Assembly: GCA_964016885.1 (NCBI GenBank)
Contig: OZ024746.1
Span: 78,864,001 to 78,928,000 of the forward strand
DNA: 64,000 nucleotides
Direction of reading: 5' to 3'
From: Eledone cirrhosa
Lineage: Eukaryota
Positions within the stretch are counted from its first letter, which is position 1. The number at the start of each line of letters is the position of its first letter. This document shows, one piece after another, positions 58,665 to 64,000 of the stretch. The notes under the pieces are model-generated. The model saw only the letters and a list, made by a program, of their open reading frames with translations, was not told the DNA's origin and made no database searches. The position numbers and the translations under genes were made by a program.

Positions 58665-58815
58665 TTGGTAGAATCGTTAGAGCGTCGGACAAATACTTTC
58701 CAGTATCTGGTTCAGCTTTTTACCGCCTGTGTTCAAATGTCGCAGAGGTCAACCCTTTAATTGACTTTTCTTGGTTCCAAATTGCTGGTCTTGTGCCTAT
58801 ATTAAAACCCATTAT
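58665..58815 (+). mobile_element. Diverged SINE A-related copy
   Basis: tggtagaatcgttagagcgtcggac...gttcaaatgtcgcagaggtcaac...aaattgctggtcttgtgcc. Confidence 0.7.
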
Positions 58816-58882
58816 TTTGACTACGTTTATTTATAGTTATAGAAACATACATAGATATATGTGAATATCTCTCTATCTATCT

Positions 58883-59701
58883 TAGAGGAAGATGAACTGG
58901 CCAGTCTGTTCGGTAGGACCTTCCGCCCGGTACCGATGGACAACTTCCAAAAGTCCCTGGCCTGGCAGTGCTACCGAGGAGCTCTACCAGTTCGAGACAG
59001 GCTCTACAGACATGGGCGCCCGGGCAGGGACCCTGCAAAAAAGATCTGTCCAAGGTGCGTGCGAGACGAAGAAACCGTCGCGCACGCATTCATACAGTGC
59101 CCGGGCGTCACTGACCTGTGGGGCTATGTAGAACGACTATTGTCGCGGGTGGGACCAATCCAGTTGACCACAGAGTCCATTGTCATGATCAAACCGCCAC
59201 CCTCCTTCAAAAACGAAGGAGAGGCGGTTTTCCTTTGTGTGATAGCTATGGCGAAAGAGGTTGTATGGTGGACAAGGTTGAAAGGGCTGAGGTCAGACAC
59301 CTTTCTCTCCGGCCAACAACTGATTCTTTTTTTCAAATACCACTTTGGAAGAAGAATCAGGATGGAGAGAGAGGTGCTGTACCCCAGCAAGTTTTATGAA
59401 AGGTGGGTGAAAGTGGCGAGAATGGCCCGAGTGAATGGGCTTTCTCTCTATATCAGCCTGTAGGTTGAGGAAAAGGAGGAGGAGAGGAAAGGAGTACAAA
59501 CTCTTCGTACTCCTGGAGATGAGGGTTGCACATTTTTTATCGGGGGTATGTGTTACCCATATGTAATGTCTCCCCCTATTGGGGAAAATCGACTAACTTT
59601 TTAAATTCCATTTGTGATAACATTTTACACGTTTTTATTGTATGTAAACTTCCCCCTTTGTATTTGTCCCCTTCTTTTGTGCCCCTGTGGCTAATAAAGA
59701 A

Positions 59702-59702
<1 letters not shown>
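58883..59702 (+). mobile_element. 5'-truncated L1/Tx1-clade LINE: ORF2 C-terminus with CCHC (zf-RVT-type) finger, 3'UTR, AATAAA, then (TCTA)n
   Basis: CPRCVRDEETVAHAFIQCP; uninterrupted frame to the stop at 59463; aataaa at ~59693. Confidence 0.9.
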
Positions 59703-59744
<42 letters not shown>

Positions 59745-59763
59745 CATCTACCTACCTATCTAT

Positions 59764-59804
<41 letters not shown>

Positions 59805-59838
59805 CTGTTAATTTTCTCTATTTCTATCCGTTTCTTTG

Positions 59839-59874
<36 letters not shown>

Positions 59875-59878
<4 letters not shown>

Positions 59879-60025
59879 AAAAAGACAAACAGGAACAATA
59901 AAGCAAACGATACAGTAGAATAAAGAAATATATTCTTAGTTTTACGCTTGCTATAGTAGGAAAAGAGTCTTAACGTTTCGGACGCTAGTCCTTCATCAGA
60001 AAATAGAATGCGAAATTAAAGAATA
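59875..60025 (-). ncRNA. Short element with minimal type I hammerhead (59965-60005)
   Basis: Minus strand: tttt-CTGATGA-a-ggac tagc gtcc-GAAA-CG-TT-aaga; palindromic AACGTT stem III. Confidence 0.7.
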
Positions 60026-60154
60026 CACAAACACACACAAACACACACACACACGTACACACATACACACACACACTCACACACCCACACATACACACAC
60101 ATACACACACACACACTCACACACACATATATATATAAATATATATATATACCC

Positions 60155-61064
60155 GACTTCCTCACCGATCTCAAGCTGTGGCACGCCGCGCAGGCTTTGC
60201 TCTTCCTCTAAACCACATCATCTTCCGTATTCCCAATCTTTGCTCCCAAATACAGGAAGCCCTCAACCAATTCTAGCAGCTTCCCGCCTACATTAGTGAT
60301 CTTCTCTGGCTTCTCAACATTCTCTACCAGATATTTTGTTTAGTCTCATTCATTCTCAGCCCCACACTCATCGACACAGTCTCAACCTCCCGCATCAAAT
60401 CCTTTGCTTCCTTCATTGTATTTGTCACCAAAACTATGTCGTCGGCAAATTCAGCATCTGATACCTTTTTCGCCTTAACTCTCCTGCTCTGAGCCGGTGC
60501 TACAGTAAAGCCAGAGTCCTGGTGTTTCTCCAGTGCAAGGCGCATACAATAGTCCACTACGATGATAAAAAGGTAGGGAGCCAATGTATCTCCTGAATGT
60601 AAAGACCTGAAAATCCGCCTCTTCATTGCTGTAGTGGAGTCTGTGCTGCTGTAAGGGTCTGAGACTTGGACACTGACGAAGAAACTCATTCAGATGGTGG
60701 ATGGGTGCTACACGAGAATGCTGAGGATGGCTCTGAACATTAATCAGTATACACTGAAGATGAAAAACTCAGAGCTGTATGGGAGCCTCCCAAAAGTCAG
60801 CTCAAAAGTGACACAGAGGAGACTGAGTTAACTGGACATGCTCACCGACATCCAGAGTTGACATTGCTCTCAGTGCTCCTGTGGGAGCCCCTACATGGAC
60901 ACACTGGAAGAGGAAGACCAAGGTTAACGTATGGTGATGCCCTAAGGACAGACACTGGTCTGTTGGAGACGCAGGACATGGCAGCGATAATGAGGGACAG
61001 AGACCGCTGGAGAGAACTCGTCCATGGATCTCGGGAATTTTACCCGCCCTAGATAGATAGATAG
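60155..61064. mobile_element. RTE-clade LINE insertion with inverted 5' segment (60155-~60600 minus; ~60601-61051 plus), (TAGA)n tail and 16-bp TSD
   Basis: Minus: GDTLAPYLFIIVVDY...EFADDIVL...FLYLG...CHSLRSVRKS; plus: KDLKIRLFIAVVESVLL*GSETWTLTK...LWEPLHG..GRGRPRLTY; atatatatatataccc at 60139-60154 and 61065-61080. Confidence 0.9.
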
Positions 61065-61499
61065 ATATATATATATACCCATCAACCTACATATGTGCCT
61101 ATCTGTCTATTAAGCTATCTATCTATATACCTATCTGCCAACTTACCTACCAACCTATTGATCTACATAACAACAAATCTACCTACTTACCTCCCTTTCA
61201 ACCTATTCACCGACCGACCTACCTAGCAAGCTGCCTACAAACCAACCTATCTAAGCTGTCCACCCGTACAGCCCATCTCTTACACAGATACAGTAATAAT
61301 ATTTCACCTTCCCATTTTGCCAACCTGCCATATTTATCTTCATCACATCCACCTCCTTGCTCCCCGTTCACCTAATCTACTTTCCACTCTATTCTCCCCA
61401 CTCTTCCCGTCACTCATACATAACCAATATCACTCCCACTGCCTCCCTAACTCACTTCCTTTCTCTCAAGCATTTCCTATCGAAATGGTTAGTAGCCCA

Positions 61500-63182
61500 C
61501 CACGATGACCACCACCACCAACACCCACCACCCCCAACACCACCACCGACAATACCACTACCCCCAACTGACAATTCCACCACCACCACCACCACCACCA
61601 CCACCACCACCACCACCACCGACAGTATCGGTGACAGCACCACCACTTTACTACGATTGCCACCACCAACACCACCACGTCTACCACTGACAACACCTAC
61701 ACCACAACCATCGACACCACCACCACCACCACTACCACCACCACCGCCACCACCGACAACACCACTACTCCCAACAGACAACGCCACCATCACCGACAGT
61801 GTCGGCGGCAGCACCACCACTTTATTACCATTGCCACCACCACCACCACCACCACCACCACCACTACGACCACCGACAACACCTAGACGACCACCATCGA
61901 TATCACCACCACCACCACTTTTACCATCATTAATACCATACTGATACTAACACAACCGTCACCACCACCAACACTATACTACCATCACCACCACAACCAA
62001 TGCCACCACCATCACCACCACCACAACAACAACAACAACACACCAACACAATACTGCCACCACCACTACTACACATAAAATCACCAACACTACCACACAT
62101 GTTACCAGCTCCACCACGACGACGACGACCACCACCACCAACACCATCACCACCACCAACACCACCACCATCACCACTACCACTACCAACACCACTTCCA
62201 CCACCACCATCACCACTACCACCACCACTACCAACACCACCACTAACACCACCAATACCACTTCCACCACCTCCACTACCACTACCACCACCACCATCAT
62301 ACCACCGCCATCACCACTACCACCACCACAACCACCACCACCACCACTACGACCACCGACAACGCCTAAACGACCACCATCGACATCACCAGCACCACCA
62401 GCACCACCACCACTACCATCACCACCTCCACCACCACAACAACACACCAACACCACCACCACCACCACCACCATATCACCACCACCCTTTCACCACCACC
62501 ACCATACCAACACCACCAACACCACCACCACCACCACCACGATACCAACACCACCACCACCACCAACATCATATCACCACCACCACCATACCAACACCAT
62601 ATCACCACTACCACCCTTTCACCACCACCACCACCACCACCACCACGATACCAACACCACCACCACCACCATACCACCACCACCACCACCACCACCATAC
62701 CACCACCACCACCATACCAACACCATATCACCACCACCATACCAACACCACCAACACCACCACCACCACCATACCACCACCATACCACCACCACTACCAC
62801 CATACCAACACCACCAACACCACCACCACCACGATACCAGCACAACCACCACCACCAACACCATATCACCACCACCACCACCCTTTCACCACCACCACGA
62901 TACCAACACCACCACCACCACCATACCACCACCACCACCATACCAACACCATATCACCACCACCATACCAACACCACCAACACCATACCATCACCACCAC
63001 TACCATGCCAACACCACCAACACCACCACCACCACGATACCAGCACAACCACCACCACCACCATATCACCACCACCACCACGACCCTTTCACCACCACCA
63101 CCATACCAACACCACCACCACCACCATGCCACCACCACCATACCACCATACCACCACCATACCAACACCACCAACACCACCT
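61500..63182. repeat. (ACC)n-rich degenerate minisatellite
   Basis: Direct reading. Confidence 0.95.
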
Positions 63183-63499
63183 TTTCTGGGCCACTTTCCC
63201 TGATGTTTTCATCAACATACTCTGTAATCTTCTCTAGTAACCTCTAATACACAGCGTTCATCTGATATAATCCTCCATTAATGAACAAAATCATCTCTTT
63301 TTTATTTTTTTATTATTATTATATATGTTTTTATGTATTTGTATTCTTGTTTATTTGTTTGGTTTATTTTATTTTCTTATAGATTTTGTTGTTATTGTCA
63401 GAGTTGTTGTAGTCGTTATTGTTGTAGGAGGCGTAAAAGCATCTTTTTTTTTGTAGTGATTCTTGTTATTGTTGTAGGAACACATTTTTGTAGTCGCCA

Positions 63500-64000
63500 T
63501 TATTGTTGTAAGAACATATTATTGTTGTTGCTGTTGTTGTTGTTGTAAGAACATATCATTGTTATTGTTGTTATTGTTGTAAGAACATATCATTGTTATT
63601 GTTGTTATTGTTGTAAGAACATATTGTTGTTGTTGTTTTAAGAAGATATTGTTATTGTTATTGTTGTTGTTGTTGTTGTTGTTGTAAGAACATATCATTG
63701 TTGTTGTTGTTATTATTGTTGTTGTAATAACATATCATTGTTATTGTTGTTATTGTAAGAACATATCATTGTTGTTATTGTTGTTGTTGTAATAACATAT
63801 CACTGTCATTGTTGTTGTTGTTGTTATAAGAACATATCATTGTTACTGTTGTTGTTGTTGTTGTTATAAGAACATATTGTTATTGTTGTTGTTGTAAGAA
63901 CATATTGTTATTGTTGTTGTTGTAAGCACATATTTTGTTGCTGTCGTTGTTACTACTGTTGTAAGAACATATGGTTGTTGTTGTTGTTATTGTTGGTGAT
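63500..64000. repeat. Minisatellite ~25-35 bp (tgtaagaacatat(c)att(gtt)n)
   Basis: 'gtaagaacatat' recurs about 12 times. Confidence 0.93.

Noticed and set aside
50777-63247. Gly/Asp-rich, poly-N/V/L and Pro/His/Thr-rich ORFs (50777, 56873, 57032, 62000)
   Set aside because: Trinucleotide-derived low complexity open in multiple frames, with no splice or codon evidence.

Overview
This is animal genomic DNA that is almost entirely repetitive. I found no convincing host protein-coding exon, and nearly all ORFs in the supplied track are translations of microsatellites or minisatellites. The SINE families and microsatellite load resemble octopus/cephalopod DNA (recognised from recall, not verified by search). 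Contents: (i) a 12.3-kb array of a 47-bp satellite with a 3948-bp (84-monomer) higher-order duplication; (ii) several (ACC/GGT)-rich minisatellites, one with a 501-bp higher-order period; (iii) about 20 copies of a ~190-bp tRNA-derived SINE plus other SINE families; (iv) RTE-clade LINE remnants, one with a clean 5' inversion and target-site duplication (TSD); (v) L1/Tx1-like fragments in (TCTA)n; (vi) hAT and piggyBac-like DNA-transposon relics. The most notable signal is about ten type-I hammerhead-ribozyme motifs (CTGATGA...GAAA...TH). They belong to several unrelated short sequence families, most lie in 100-500-bp islands between (TA)n tracts, and some are next to long inverted or direct terminal repeats. 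This is consistent with a diverse set of microsatellite-targeting, non-autonomous Penelope-like/retrozyme-type elements. All structures were read and paired by eye; none was folded computationally or database-searched.
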